NCBI GenBank assembly: GCA_009377845.1
Contig: WHTE01000001.1
Coordinates: forward strand, 1-62,452
Length of the DNA: 62,452 nucleotides
Source: Nitrospirales bacterium
GTDB lineage: Bacteria > Nitrospirota > Nitrospiria > Nitrospirales > UBA8639
Direction of reading: 5' to 3'
Made by a program: the position numbers and the translations under genes. The notes beneath the pieces were generated by a model. The model made no database searches. It was given only the letters and a program-made list of their open reading frames with translations, and was not told where the DNA came from. Within the stretch, counting starts at the first letter, position 1. Each line of letters opens with the position of its first letter. Shown one piece after another: positions 8,144-18,579 of this stretch.

Positions 8144-10093
8144 ATGATTATTGAAATTGGACATTTTTCGGTCATTGTGGCTCTGGTGCTGGCGGTTTTT
8201 GGAATGGCCAGCGCCGTCTTAGCCCTTCGTACCCGAAACCCCGATTGGGCCCGGTCGGGACGCATGGCCGTCACGCTCATCTTCTTCTTGCTCAGCGTGG
8301 GAATGCTCTCATTGGTCTATTCGTTTATCACACGGGACTTCTCCGTCCTCTACGTCGCCAACAATTCAAATTCGAAACTCCCGTTTTTCTACACTGTCGC
8401 GGCCGTGTGGGGCGGCCATGAAGGCTCCCTGCTGCTATGGGTCTTCATTCTGTCCGTCTTTAGCACCCTGGCCGTCTGGCTGCATTGGCGCACCCAACCC
8501 GCCATTATGCCCTATTTGATCGCTGTGGAATCGGCGATCACGTTCGGATTTTTATGTTTAATTGTCTTTTTATCGAGTCCTTTTGAACGGCTTCTGCCCG
8601 TTCCCCTCGATGGCAAAGATTTGAATCCGTTGTTGCAAGACCCGGCGATGGTCATGCATCCACCCATGCTCTATATGGGCTATGTGGGATTTTCCATTCC
8701 ATTTTCCTTTGCCATGGCCGCGTTATTCTCCGGGCGATTGGGAGAAGAGTGGATCAAGGTCACTCAGCGATGGACCACGTTTGCCTGGATGTGCCTGACG
8801 ACCGGTATCCTTCTTGGCGGCTATTGGGCGTATTACGAATTGGGCTGGGGCGGGTACTGGGGCTGGGATCCCGTAGAAAACGCCTCGTTTATGCCCTGGC
8901 TGGTGGGCACGGCATACCTGCATTCGGTTTTGGTGCAGGAAAAGCGGAAGATGTTCAAAGTCTGGAATTTATTCCTCATCATCGTCACCTTTTCCTTATC
9001 CCTGATTGGCACCTTTCTCGTACGAAGCGGCGTGCTCACCTCCGTCCATTCCTTTGCCACGGATCCTGAGCGCGGCCTGTATATTCTTCTGTTCGTCGGC
9101 ACCGTCATCGGGATAGCCTTTGGAGCGCTGATTCTGAGATCCAACAAATTGAAATCACGTGTCGAGATGGATTCGCTGGTATGCCGTGAATCGATCTTCC
9201 TCTTTAATAATTTATTCTTCCTGGTGGCTGCCGCCACGGTCTTTCTGGGTACACTCTATCCGTTAATCCTCGAAACTCTGCAGGACGCCAAAGTAACCGT
9301 TGGTCCGCCCTATTACAATGCGGTGTTTATGCCCATCGCCCTTGGACTGTTGTTTCTCATGGGCATTGGGCCTTATATCCCGTGGCGGAAAGCCTCGGTC
9401 GCGAGCCTGAAAAAAAGTTTTTCCATCCCCCTCTTAGCAGGAGCGTTCATAGTCATCCTGCTGTTTGTGACAGGTATTCATAACCTCTATGCCCTGGCAG
9501 GAAGCTATGTCGTGACGTTCGCGGGAATGGCAATTGTCTTAGACTTTGGCAAAATCTCGCAATTATACGCCCAGCGAAACGGGAGCAATATCTTCCAGGG
9601 ATGTCTGGCCGCCTTTACCGCTAACCAACGACGCTATTCCAGCATGATGACCCACATCGGGGTCCTCGTTTTAGTCGTGGGCATCATTGCCTCAACCATT
9701 TATCAGACGGAAAAAGTGGTGTCCATGCGCGTGGGGGACGAATTCTCCATTGCGGACTATCGGATGAAACTGACAAAACTTCACGAAGTGACCGGCGTGA
9801 ATTGGAACGCCCAAGAAGGCGTCTTTCAGGTGTTTAAAGGAGAGAATCTGATCACGGAACTTCGGCCACAAAAGCGAATATACGCGGCGACCCAAACGCC
9901 CACAACTGAATCGGCCATTCATGCCATCAACATGGGGCACATCTTTCTCACCATGCCGGAAGTTTCCGAAGACGGTGTGGCAGTCGCGCGTGGCGTGATT
10001 AATCCCCTGGTGCTCTGGGTGTGGGGCGGCGGAGTCATTATGGGCCTCGGCGTCATTCTGAATATTCTCCGCCCGCGAAAGAAGGAAGAATGA
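8144..10093 (+). CDS. ccmF: Cytochrome c heme lyase CcmF
   Basis: WGGHEGSLLLW, LNPLLQDP, HPPMLY, WAYYELGWGGYWGWDPVENAS, SVHSF. Confidence 0.96.
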   Translation: MIIEIGHFSVIVALVLAVFGMASAVLALRTRNPDWARSGRMAVTLIFFLLSVGMLSLVYSFITRDFSVLYVANNSNSKLPFFYTVAAVWGGHEGSLLLWVFILSVFSTLAVWLHWRTQPAIMPYLIAVESAITFGFLCLIVFLSSPFERLLPVPLDGKDLNPLLQDPAMVMHPPMLYMGYVGFSIPFSFAMAALFSGRLGEEWIKVTQRWTTFAWMCLTTGILLGGYWAYYELGWGGYWGWDPVENASFMPWLVGTAYLHSVLVQEKRKMFKVWNLFLIIVTFSLSLIGTFLVRSGVLTSVHSFATDPERGLYILLFVGTVIGIAFGALILRSNKLKSRVEMDSLVCRESIFLFNNLFFLVAAATVFLGTLYPLILETLQDAKVTVGPPYYNAVFMPIALGLLFLMGIGPYIPWRKASVASLKKSFSIPLLAGAFIVILLFVTGIHNLYALAGSYVVTFAGMAIVLDFGKISQLYAQRNGSNIFQGCLAAFTANQRRYSSMMTHIGVLVLVVGIIASTIYQTEKVVSMRVGDEFSIADYRMKLTKLHEVTGVNWNAQEGVFQVFKGENLITELRPQKRIYAATQTPTTESAIHAINMGHIFLTMPEVSEDGVAVARGVINPLVLWVWGGGVIMGLGVILNILRPRKKEE

Positions 10094-10650
10094 CCAAAGG
10101 CTGGCAACTGACTCTGGCACTCATCCTGCTGGGACTCTTCACGTTGTTTTATCAGGGGCTCTGGGGAGATCCACGACACATTCCCACTGTCCTTATTGGA
10201 ACTGATGCTCCCAACTTTGAAGGACCGGATGTCGAAACGGGACAAACGATCTCTCTGGCTCAATTCAAGGGGAAAGTGATCCTGCTCAATTTTTGGGCGT
10301 CATGGTGCTATGAATGCAAGGTGGAGCACGAAAGCATCTTACAGCTTCATCAACTCTTCAAAGATAATCCCGACTTTGTCATGCTGGGAGTGAACTATCA
10401 AGACAAGTTATCGGATGCTCAACAATATTTACAGCAATACGGCACAACCTTTCCTCATGTCCGGGACATCAAAGGGCAATTGGCCATTGATTATGGAGTC
10501 TATGGGGTGCCCGAGACATTCGTGATCGATCAACAGGGAAAAATCCGGCATAAATGGGTAGGGCCGATCACAGGCATGGTCTACACGAACCTCACGCAAA
10601 AAGTCATTGCCCCATTGCTCAATTCTCAACCCACCACCACGACATCCTGA
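10090..10650 (+). CDS. ccmG: Thiol-disulfide oxidoreductase CcmG/DsbE
   Basis: NFWASWCYEC, YGVYGVPETF; ATG 10090 overlaps the ccmF stop. Confidence 0.88.
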   Translation: MTKGWQLTLALILLGLFTLFYQGLWGDPRHIPTVLIGTDAPNFEGPDVETGQTISLAQFKGKVILLNFWASWCYECKVEHESILQLHQLFKDNPDFVMLGVNYQDKLSDAQQYLQQYGTTFPHVRDIKGQLAIDYGVYGVPETFVIDQQGKIRHKWVGPITGMVYTNLTQKVIAPLLNSQPTTTTS

Positions 10651-11114
10651 TGCGCATTCGATTCACATTGTGCCTCGCCGTTCTTTTGGCCGCTCCTTTC
10701 CCTCTTTTCGCTGCAGTCCAGGATGAGACGGACATAGACATTCAGGTCCGAGAAATCGCCAAAACGCTCCGCTGCACGGTCTGCCAAACGGAGAATATTT
10801 GGGAATCGGGCGCACCACTTGCCCAACAGATGCGGGGAGTTATTCGTGAACGCCTGGCCCTCGGGCACAGCACGGAAGAGATTCGAGCCTATTTCTTAAG
10901 CCGCTATGGAGACTATATTCTCATGGAACCACCCAAACATGGCGTCAATTGGCTCATCTGGGTAGCTCCGTTCCTCCTCCTACTCATTGGAGGGTTTTTT
11001 CTCTACAAGGAAGTCACGCATTGGGTCAGGGAGACACCAACTCCCCCCAGCCAACCCCTACCGCCCCTGGACGACCAGGCTCGAAAACGAATCGAGCGTG
11101 AACTCGAGTCCTGA
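10650..11114 (+). CDS. ccmH: Cytochrome c biogenesis protein CcmH/CycL
   Basis: LRCTVCQ, RYGDYIL..P motifs; ATG 10650 overlaps the ccmG stop. Confidence 0.92.
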   Translation: MRIRFTLCLAVLLAAPFPLFAAVQDETDIDIQVREIAKTLRCTVCQTENIWESGAPLAQQMRGVIRERLALGHSTEEIRAYFLSRYGDYILMEPPKHGVNWLIWVAPFLLLLIGGFFLYKEVTHWVRETPTPPSQPLPPLDDQARKRIERELES

Positions 11115-11130
11115 ATAGTCTCAACTTTGT

Positions 11131-12054
11131 ATGTCGACTGTCGCATTCTTCTTGATTCCCTTTGTGGTCATCCTGGGAATCGTGCTCTTTTCCCTCACCC
11201 TGCCATTTTGGCGTCGGGATCCTTCACCCGTCTCTTTCGGCCTGGATGATGATCGAGCACAGGAACTCGCGGATCTTCAAGTCGAACGAGAAACCATTAT
11301 CCGGTCCTTACAGGAACTTGAGATGGAACTGTCGCAAGGGCGGATGGACAAAGCCGACTACGAACGGTTGAAAGCCACGGATGAAGGCCGCCTGCTCCAC
11401 CTGTTGGACCGGCTGGACACCTTAAAGGATGCAGCTCAACACGAAACGGGCGATCAACAAAAGGCTGCCTCGAAGCGAATAAGCTGGGTTCCGGCAATTG
11501 CATCGGGAGTGGTGGTCTTACTTGCCTCCATCGGCATTTACGGTGCGCTACAGTTCAAGGCCGCACAAAAACTGATGGCCGTCGAAGCCCAAATGGGCGG
11601 CGGCCCGAATCCGATGGAGATGGTCGCGAAACTGGAGAAACGCCTCAAAGAAAATCCTGATGACCTTCAAGGCCAAATCATGGCCGGACGATCCTATCAG
11701 GCCTTAAATCGTATCCCTGAAGCAAAAAAGGCATGGGAAAAAGTCTTAGAGCTGGACCCGAAGCAGCACGAAGCCCACTACAATTTAGGAGTCATCCAGA
11801 TCGAAACACGTCAAATTGACGATCCAGAGATATTCAAGCAGGCACTCGCACATTTTGACATTGTCCTGGCCGACCTTCCCAATCAACCCGCCGTCAATTG
11901 GTATCGGGGCTTAGCCTTGTGGTATTTGAATCGCCGCCAGGAAACCGATGCCGCCTGGACACTCGCCGCACAAAACATGGAACCCGGCAGTAAGGATATG
12001 GAGTTCGTGAAGGACGCCCTCGTCAAACTCCGCGCCGGCCAGGAACCGTTTTAA
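11131..12054 (+). CDS. ccmI: CcmI/CycH TPR protein
   Basis: N-terminal TM, ELEMELSQGRMD..DY, second TM, LEKRLKENPDD then TPR repeats; last gene of the ccm operon. Confidence 0.8.
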   Translation: MSTVAFFLIPFVVILGIVLFSLTLPFWRRDPSPVSFGLDDDRAQELADLQVERETIIRSLQELEMELSQGRMDKADYERLKATDEGRLLHLLDRLDTLKDAAQHETGDQQKAASKRISWVPAIASGVVVLLASIGIYGALQFKAAQKLMAVEAQMGGGPNPMEMVAKLEKRLKENPDDLQGQIMAGRSYQALNRIPEAKKAWEKVLELDPKQHEAHYNLGVIQIETRQIDDPEIFKQALAHFDIVLADLPNQPAVNWYRGLALWYLNRRQETDAAWTLAAQNMEPGSKDMEFVKDALVKLRAGQEPF

Positions 12055-12160
12055 CACAAAAAAACTCATCCGACATTTTTTGTTCTCAGTCCGTGACGGC
12101 ATGCATTCCTTATTCCATCATACTCCCCGCATGAAGCGTTATTCATCGGTTAACGATTGT

Positions 12161-12190
12161 AGGCGGCTCAGGTTTTAACCTGAGCCGCCT
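12161..12190. terminator. Perfect 14-bp inverted repeat between convergent genes (bidirectional terminator or GTAG-type REP)
   Basis: AGGCGGCTCAGGTT-TT-AACCTGAGCCGCCT, with GTAG overlapping its 5' end. Confidence 0.6.
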
Positions 12191-12208
12191 GACCGTGAAC
12201 TCATCAAT

Positions 12209-14641
12209 TTACGCTGCTGTCCGTTGCAGCGTGATATACCGCACCACTGACAATTTCGTAAGCGCTTCCAACTGTTCAACCGGTAACCGACCAATCACCA
12301 GATATCCCGTCTTAGGCTGCGCCACCACTGCGAAACCCGATTCTTTCAACTTCGCCAAGGTCTCAGTTGTGGTATCCATCAACCACACCTGAATCAACAC
12401 CTGTCCATTGGTGACAAATTGAGTTACATCCTGAGGCAATTGCCCCTTATTTTTCACATGTTCCACCAACAATTCGAGTGTAGAATCTAATTTACCAACT
12501 GAATCCTTGCGCCATGAAGAACCGCTTTCTGTTTCCGCACGATCACCCATGGCAGGAGCACTGGGAGCGAAAGATTCTTGCGCGACGACCCCTCCCAGAA
12601 AACTTCCCGCTTGTTCATCCCCACCGCCAAAGATACCGTCGTAGCTCACTTCTTCCGGCAGTTCCACCGGCACATCGATACGGCGTGGTTGTCCCTCTTC
12701 CGTGATGATCAACTCTTCCACCGCGACAAAAGAAGTGAACGGCGTCAGCAGCCGATAATCCAAGCCCAAATGCGTGATCGCTTCCCGTACATTTTGTCGT
12801 GGCTTTCCTGCCTGAACTCCTTCGTAATCCCGTGCCATAAGATCGGCGATCTTGTTTCGAGCCCACAAGGTAGCCAGCACATCATGCTCTGGAGCAAAGC
12901 CGGGAAGGTCAACGGCAATGTTCCGCACCGCTGACCGTCCGTCCACTTTACCCCGCAAGCGTATCGTTCCCTTGCCCGGAGTCGTATACCGCCCGGTCAG
13001 GACCAACGGTTTGGCGCTGAACAAACCAGGGAGTCGCTTTGGATATACCTCTGTCACATCTAAGCCATCCCAATCCACCGACAAATCGGTCAGGAGGGGA
13101 TACTGAATCCGCTCATGGAAACGCCGAGCCGCCGCCGAGCCGTCATCATTCATGCCCACATATTCCACCTCGCCGCGACCGTGCTCGGCCATCTTGTCCA
13201 ACAAAAACCGATTCACACTACTGCCTATCCCAAAGGCAAAGACCCGCGCATTAGGATGCTTCTGCACTTCGCCCAGAATGGCCATGTCGTTGCCGATATA
13301 TCCATCCGTCATAAAACAGACGATCCGGACATGTTCTTGCGAATCAGAAGGCTCCAGCGCCGCACGTATAGCCTTCATCATTTCGGTTCCGCCTCCCCCG
13401 GAACGGGAAACCAAAAACGCCTGAGCTTTCCGGACATTTGCCGGAGTCGCCGGAACCGGTTCGGGAAAAAGAATATGAGTGTCCCCGGCAAAGGTCATCA
13501 AAATAAACGTGTCGCGCGAGTTCAGCCCGTCTATGGCCAAACGCATGGTTTCCTTGGCCTTTTCAATCGGAAAGCCCGACATCGACCCGGAGGTATCGAG
13601 GACAAACACCAGTTCCTTGGGCGTCACCTCATCGGTCTTCACCCGATCCGGCGGCTGGAGGAGCAAGGTAAAAAAGCCATCCTTGCTGTTTCGATGCGTG
13701 AGTACCGCGTCGTGAATGTCCTCCCCCGCCACCGTATAGGTCAAGATAAAGTCTTTATTCGGTATGGTGGAAGATTCTTTTAGATGAATCTCGGTTTGGG
13801 AGGAGGTTGCCTGAGTCACCTCGATGTCGTGTGTTCGGGACTGAACACCGTGAATAGGCACACCAGCATCAATCGTGACGTGAAATGACAGATCATGCCC
13901 GGACCTGGTGCCGGGCCTCAGCACGGGTGGAGTGACGCGTGAAGCATCCGGCACCTGATCGGTATCATACGCCCAACCCCCACCAAAAGGTGGAGCTTGG
14001 GCAATGGGTTGGCCTGGGATGTAGCGCGGCCCCACCACCATGGGAAACACCACCGAATACACCCCGCGGTCATGAGACAGCGTCTCCACATAACTGATCG
14101 TCACCGTAATCTTTTCTCCAGGCAGGATATTGGCCACAGATTGTGTGAAAATATTCGGCCGCTCCTGATCCAATAAACCTGTCACATTACCCCGCCGTTT
14201 GGCCGCTTCATAAATTGCGCGGGCCTCCTCCCTCTTTTTGATGGCACCTTTCACTAGCCGGTCTCCGACAGTCAGGGTCATATCGTCGACTGCCGCATGC
14301 TGCGGAAGAGGAAAGGTATAGACGGCGTCGATTTTGTCGGGGAAAGGATTTTCGAATTGTTGGGTCACCTGGGCACGTGCGAGGGGTCCGCTGGCCTTAA
14401 TGGACATATCGGTATGTTTAAGAGGAAAGGCTTGGGTTGGCCTCCCTTCTCGGTCTAGCCCTACCAGGTTTCCGGATTGCTCTCCACTCGCCCAACCTTC
14501 ATTGGGAGGGGCACTGACATGGGCCACCGGCCCAGGAGAAGTTTTCGCACTGAGACCCCCTCCCACGAAAGCTTACAGCCCCACCAGCCCGCTTCCAACC
14601 ACCAAGCCCCACGATCGTTTCCTGCCATATACAGCCTTCAT
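12209..14641 (-). pseudogene. VIT + von Willebrand factor A domain protein with an in-frame TAA at codon 23 (785-aa ORF from GTG 14566 remains open)
   Basis: VIT motifs (QFENP, YTFPLP, LLDQERPNIFT), MIDAS DTSGSM, TDG; RBS AAGGAGG then ATG 14641 reads MKAVYGRKRSWGLVVGSGLVGL*AFVGGG with TAA at 14575-14573. Confidence 0.75.
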
Positions 14642-14715
14642 GTTCAACCTCCTTATGTTTCGCGACCCCATGCCGCTTCATAGGAGGGTATGGCAGGACT
14701 GTTTGAATCCTTTCA
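14334..14715. repeat. Direct repeat copy 1 (VIT gene upstream region plus 5' coding end)
   Basis: Shares long blocks with 20779-21163, e.g. TCTAGCCCTACCAGGTTTCCGGATTGCTCTCCACTCGCCCAACCTTCATTGGGAGGGGCACTG and GGAGGGTATGGCAGGACT.TTTGAATCCTTTCA. Confidence 0.9.
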
Positions 14716-15008
14716 CGGAAATTGGTAGAGAATGGGGCGATTTAATCTGGAGGGGAGCTTTTTAATAGTATTCACTCAAATCATACTATTTTTTGGCCAT
14801 TGCAAGAGCTGATTGGGGGAAAGTCACATGTGGACTCAAATCAACCCCCCCATTTGTTCTGGCGATTGCCAAACTTCTTATAAGATTATCACCGCAAGGA
14901 GGTTAAACCCCTTAACGATTCTTGAATTCAGTTTAGAGAAGAATCCATACTAAATCCTCGCATGGCGATCAAGCGGTTAGTCGCAAAAAACCAGAGGACA
15001 CAACGGAT

Positions 15009-17210
15009 TTATAGGCTTTTCAGGTATTCTATTAATGCCAGTCTTTCCTTGTAAGTTATTGGATCTAGATTTTCCTTCTCGAATTCGTGGCCTTCGTTGT
15101 TGGATTTACGATGCTTTGCTATTCCATCCTTGTCGGTCTTAATGTAACCTGTCACACCTACCGCGTACTCGTGGCCTGTATTCAAATTACCGAGCAATGA
15201 TGTATCAAACACCAATTCAGGAAATTTGTTTACATCAAGTTGCTTAAAACCGACCTTGAATGTATCCAATTCACGCGTGCCCACGGTAAACGTTTTTGAT
15301 CGACAGGTTTCTCCCGGTATTAATTCCTCCTCGTTCTTTCCTATGCACGAGCTGGGCAGGAAGAGTTCATACAGATTGGGAACAGATCCATTATGTAAAT
15401 ACGGGGCGGTCGCCCAAATTCCATTCAAGGGTCGGCCTTTATAGACATTGAGATATGTTGATAATTTATCATCTTCTGCGTCATTTTTATTGACAACTTC
15501 AAAGTCCACATGCCGATCGGCCTCAGTCGTCATACCAGGAATCCATGATTTCCAGGGGTTATTGGCCCATGCTACCGCATAGACTGGAAGGTCCCATATA
15601 ACCCCATTAGCTAAAACTTCTCCAGTCAAGTGGGTAATTATATCCCCACCCTTAGCGCCAGTAGGGCTACCCTCTTCATCTGTTCTTGTCCTGCATCTCC
15701 GTTCGTTCTTCACATCAGGAAATTCATTTTGACCACAATACCAGATAACATTGTTTGCCATTGTTGGATCTGTCCCGATCTCCTTCACACTCGAAAATTG
15801 AGCGATCACTCTTCTTCCGCTATCTTGGCGATTAATAGGTTGATGACATGATGCACATCTGTATTTTTTGAAAACCGCCAAACCGAACTTCCAGTCGGGT
15901 GGTCCATTCTGCAAGTCTTTTATTTTTGCATCTAACTCATCCTTATTTAACTCATCTATTTCTTTTATTAATTTTTCTCTTTCTTCTATATCCTCGGGTA
16001 GCCCATTAGTTTTCGGTAACTTGTTGTCTTGTGCTAACTGCTCCCACGATGGGGACCATAATCGTTTGATTTTTCGTTCTAACGCCACTTGGTTCCATTT
16101 CCGAAGGGAAGAAGAATAGTTTCCAAAACCGAGGAGTGTGGGAACCAAGCCCGTATTTCGCTTTCCGTTATGAACTGTGGCAAACACTTCAAGGACTTCA
16201 CTTGCGTTGCGACCCAAGGGGCCTAGACCTCCTTTACCAGTGTTGCCCGCAATTCCATTCCATTGGACAAAGTCATGATGTGGAGTATCCCATAGAAAAG
16301 GAAAACTGACTGGTGCGTTCGCTGGATGATACTGCTCCAGACTGGCCGGGGAGCGAATAGATTCTATCCGATTGAATATACGACCAAAAGCATCCAATCG
16401 CCCATATCCATAGCGTCCATTAAATCGGTTATTCGGTGGGTTATTTGGCCCTTCAAGGGGATCAATTCTTCTTTTTTGAGGATCGTCTTTTTCATGCAAT
16501 AGAGGGTCGTCCTTTTGGTTGTATGATTTAATCTTCTTATATTGTTCTTCTAAGTACTCGAGAGACGCTAATTTTTCACTATAAGAAGTACCTGCGGTCA
16601 AAACATTCCGTACCAATCTTTTAAATTTATCTTCATTTTTGAACGTGTCCCATAAGGCCGCTTCGAGTTCCTGAAACATTGTCTGAAAATCCGCTAAGGC
16701 AGGCCCCCCATCAATGCGGATTCCCACGCTTATGCCTTTTTCTTGATTATTATAATTTACTTGTGTCGTATGACAGGCAGCGCAGGTAAAACCGATATAG
16801 TCTTTTCCTTCGTAGGAATCTTTTACCCAACCTACGGGTAACCAATCTTCATTGCCTTTTTTACTTTGCGGCAAAAATCGAAACCTATTCATGTTCTCAT
16901 AGTCACGAAATAACGTTATTTTTCCCGCATCATCAGGACTATCTTTTCTTTCTAAGTATTTAAAAATATGGTAATCCATTAAATTAGAACCCTGCGAAGT
17001 ATCGTAAAACCAGAGACTATCTGCCGGACTCCAGTTCTGCTTCGGGTAAACAATCTCTTTAGCGACGTCACCATATAAATCCTCATACTTTGTAGGTAGA
17101 GCCCCACGATCTTTATCGGGATCCAACCCCTGTGATGCGATAGTACAACCTGAAAAGACCGCGCATGCCAGAGAGATTCCTAAGTATTCTAGAACTCGAA
17201 AGAAAGTCAT
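15009..17210 (-). CDS. RoxA-like di-heme cytochrome c (MauG/CcP superfamily), probable lipoprotein
   Basis: Lipobox-like FSGC; CAACH and CASCH heme sites; GRLDAFG, APVSFPFLW, IGTDP and WATAPYLHNGSVPNL motifs. Confidence 0.85.
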   Translation of the reverse strand: MTFFRVLEYLGISLACAVFSGCTIASQGLDPDKDRGALPTKYEDLYGDVAKEIVYPKQNWSPADSLWFYDTSQGSNLMDYHIFKYLERKDSPDDAGKITLFRDYENMNRFRFLPQSKKGNEDWLPVGWVKDSYEGKDYIGFTCAACHTTQVNYNNQEKGISVGIRIDGGPALADFQTMFQELEAALWDTFKNEDKFKRLVRNVLTAGTSYSEKLASLEYLEEQYKKIKSYNQKDDPLLHEKDDPQKRRIDPLEGPNNPPNNRFNGRYGYGRLDAFGRIFNRIESIRSPASLEQYHPANAPVSFPFLWDTPHHDFVQWNGIAGNTGKGGLGPLGRNASEVLEVFATVHNGKRNTGLVPTLLGFGNYSSSLRKWNQVALERKIKRLWSPSWEQLAQDNKLPKTNGLPEDIEEREKLIKEIDELNKDELDAKIKDLQNGPPDWKFGLAVFKKYRCASCHQPINRQDSGRRVIAQFSSVKEIGTDPTMANNVIWYCGQNEFPDVKNERRCRTRTDEEGSPTGAKGGDIITHLTGEVLANGVIWDLPVYAVAWANNPWKSWIPGMTTEADRHVDFEVVNKNDAEDDKLSTYLNVYKGRPLNGIWATAPYLHNGSVPNLYELFLPSSCIGKNEEELIPGETCRSKTFTVGTRELDTFKVGFKQLDVNKFPELVFDTSLLGNLNTGHEYAVGVTGYIKTDKDGIAKHRKSNNEGHEFEKENLDPITYKERLALIEYLKSL

Positions 17211-17295
17211 GATTTGCCCTCCCCTAGTGCGTGTAAACTCATAAGTTTCAGTCAGAACTAGTAATACATTTTAACCACAAGGCGGCTATTGTAAT

Positions 17296-18552
17296 TTATT
17301 GATGATCATCTCTTATCCCTTTGCATCCTTTCGAATCAGGAAAATTCAGGCAGCGCCTGTATTCACTGACAATGGGATAGATTACTTTCCGCAGCCGATT
17401 CACGACACCCACAGGAAGATGTTCCTCCCATGCATGCCAAGGGTCAAAAGATTCGTTTTCGCAAACGCTCTCTTTCCAATTACCCAAATCCTGTTTGGGA
17501 ATTTTGATTAAGGCAACCGATTTAAATTTCAATGTGCCTTTATTTTCCCATTCGATTTGGGAATCCTCGACGCTTATACCCTTGGGGCCTTCTTGAATTA
17601 AAAACTCCATGCAGACATCTTCTGCCTTTTCCAAATTATCTAATGTTTCATGCAGGGCCGTTCTCAAGTAATTTTCATCTTTTTCTTTAGGTTCACTACT
17701 TTTAATGGCTACACAAGATGAAGCAGCTTCAAGAAAATGGTGGGATTCCAACAGATATGGTTTAACAGAGAATTTGATTGCTCTACGTTGTAGATCACTC
17801 CTCTTTCCCAGAGCATAAGGAACCATTGAAAAATATTGGGTTTGCAAAGGATTTTTAACCTTCTTATCTTGATTAATAGTGTGATAAGCATTCCACATAC
17901 CTCTGAGCCCTAATGCAAATGAGGCTTTAATGACTTTGACAAACACATTCGTGGTGTTTTGCGCTTGAAGCAGAGACAGGTAATCTGAGGGATCATCAAG
18001 AATAAAAACAGGATGATTGATTAAAATGAAATCCTGTTCCTTCTCTAGAGGCTTATTTTCAGTTTGGCCGATGTTATCCTTAAGCTGTTGAGTTAATTTA
18101 ATGGCCATTCCTCTGGCATCAGGATCATGATCATTGCCCGCAGGGTTCTCGCTACTATTGGAGAACCGAATCAGGGCTTCATAAACTTGTCCATCGGCAA
18201 ATACACCCTTGGCAAGGCTGGAATCCAAACCATGGTGTGTATGGAATTCAGCCTTCACACAGCCATTTTCCTTTGGATGAGCATCCCTAGAAGCCTTTTG
18301 GACCCCTTTCCCTTGGTTACGATCAACCGTGTACATGACTTCATCTGCGATTCTATAGGCTAGCGTTTTTTCATCCGGATATTCTTTTTCACTAAAAAAG
18401 TCGGATTTCGATTCAATTTTCGGCCATTCAAAATCCTTATCGTTTTTATGCTGTTCTATAATAGCCAAGTGAACTGGATGGTTAGGATGGGTTGGAACGG
18501 TATCGCAAGCAGTCAGAGTCAAGATAATCGCCACACAAGAGGCATAATTCAT
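17296..18552 (-). CDS. Small catalase-fold heme protein (catalase-related peroxidase or AOS-like), lipoprotein
   Basis: Lipobox LTAC; RDAHPK..GC (distal His), IRFSN, DARGMAIK, QDFILIN (Asn), NRLRKVIY (proximal RxxxY). Confidence 0.82.
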   Translation of the reverse strand: MNYASCVAIILTLTACDTVPTHPNHPVHLAIIEQHKNDKDFEWPKIESKSDFFSEKEYPDEKTLAYRIADEVMYTVDRNQGKGVQKASRDAHPKENGCVKAEFHTHHGLDSSLAKGVFADGQVYEALIRFSNSSENPAGNDHDPDARGMAIKLTQQLKDNIGQTENKPLEKEQDFILINHPVFILDDPSDYLSLLQAQNTTNVFVKVIKASFALGLRGMWNAYHTINQDKKVKNPLQTQYFSMVPYALGKRSDLQRRAIKFSVKPYLLESHHFLEAASSCVAIKSSEPKEKDENYLRTALHETLDNLEKAEDVCMEFLIQEGPKGISVEDSQIEWENKGTLKFKSVALIKIPKQDLGNWKESVCENESFDPWHAWEEHLPVGVVNRLRKVIYPIVSEYRRCLNFPDSKGCKGIRDDHQ

Positions 18553-18579
18553 GTCAAGACCTCAGAAAAGAATTTAATT

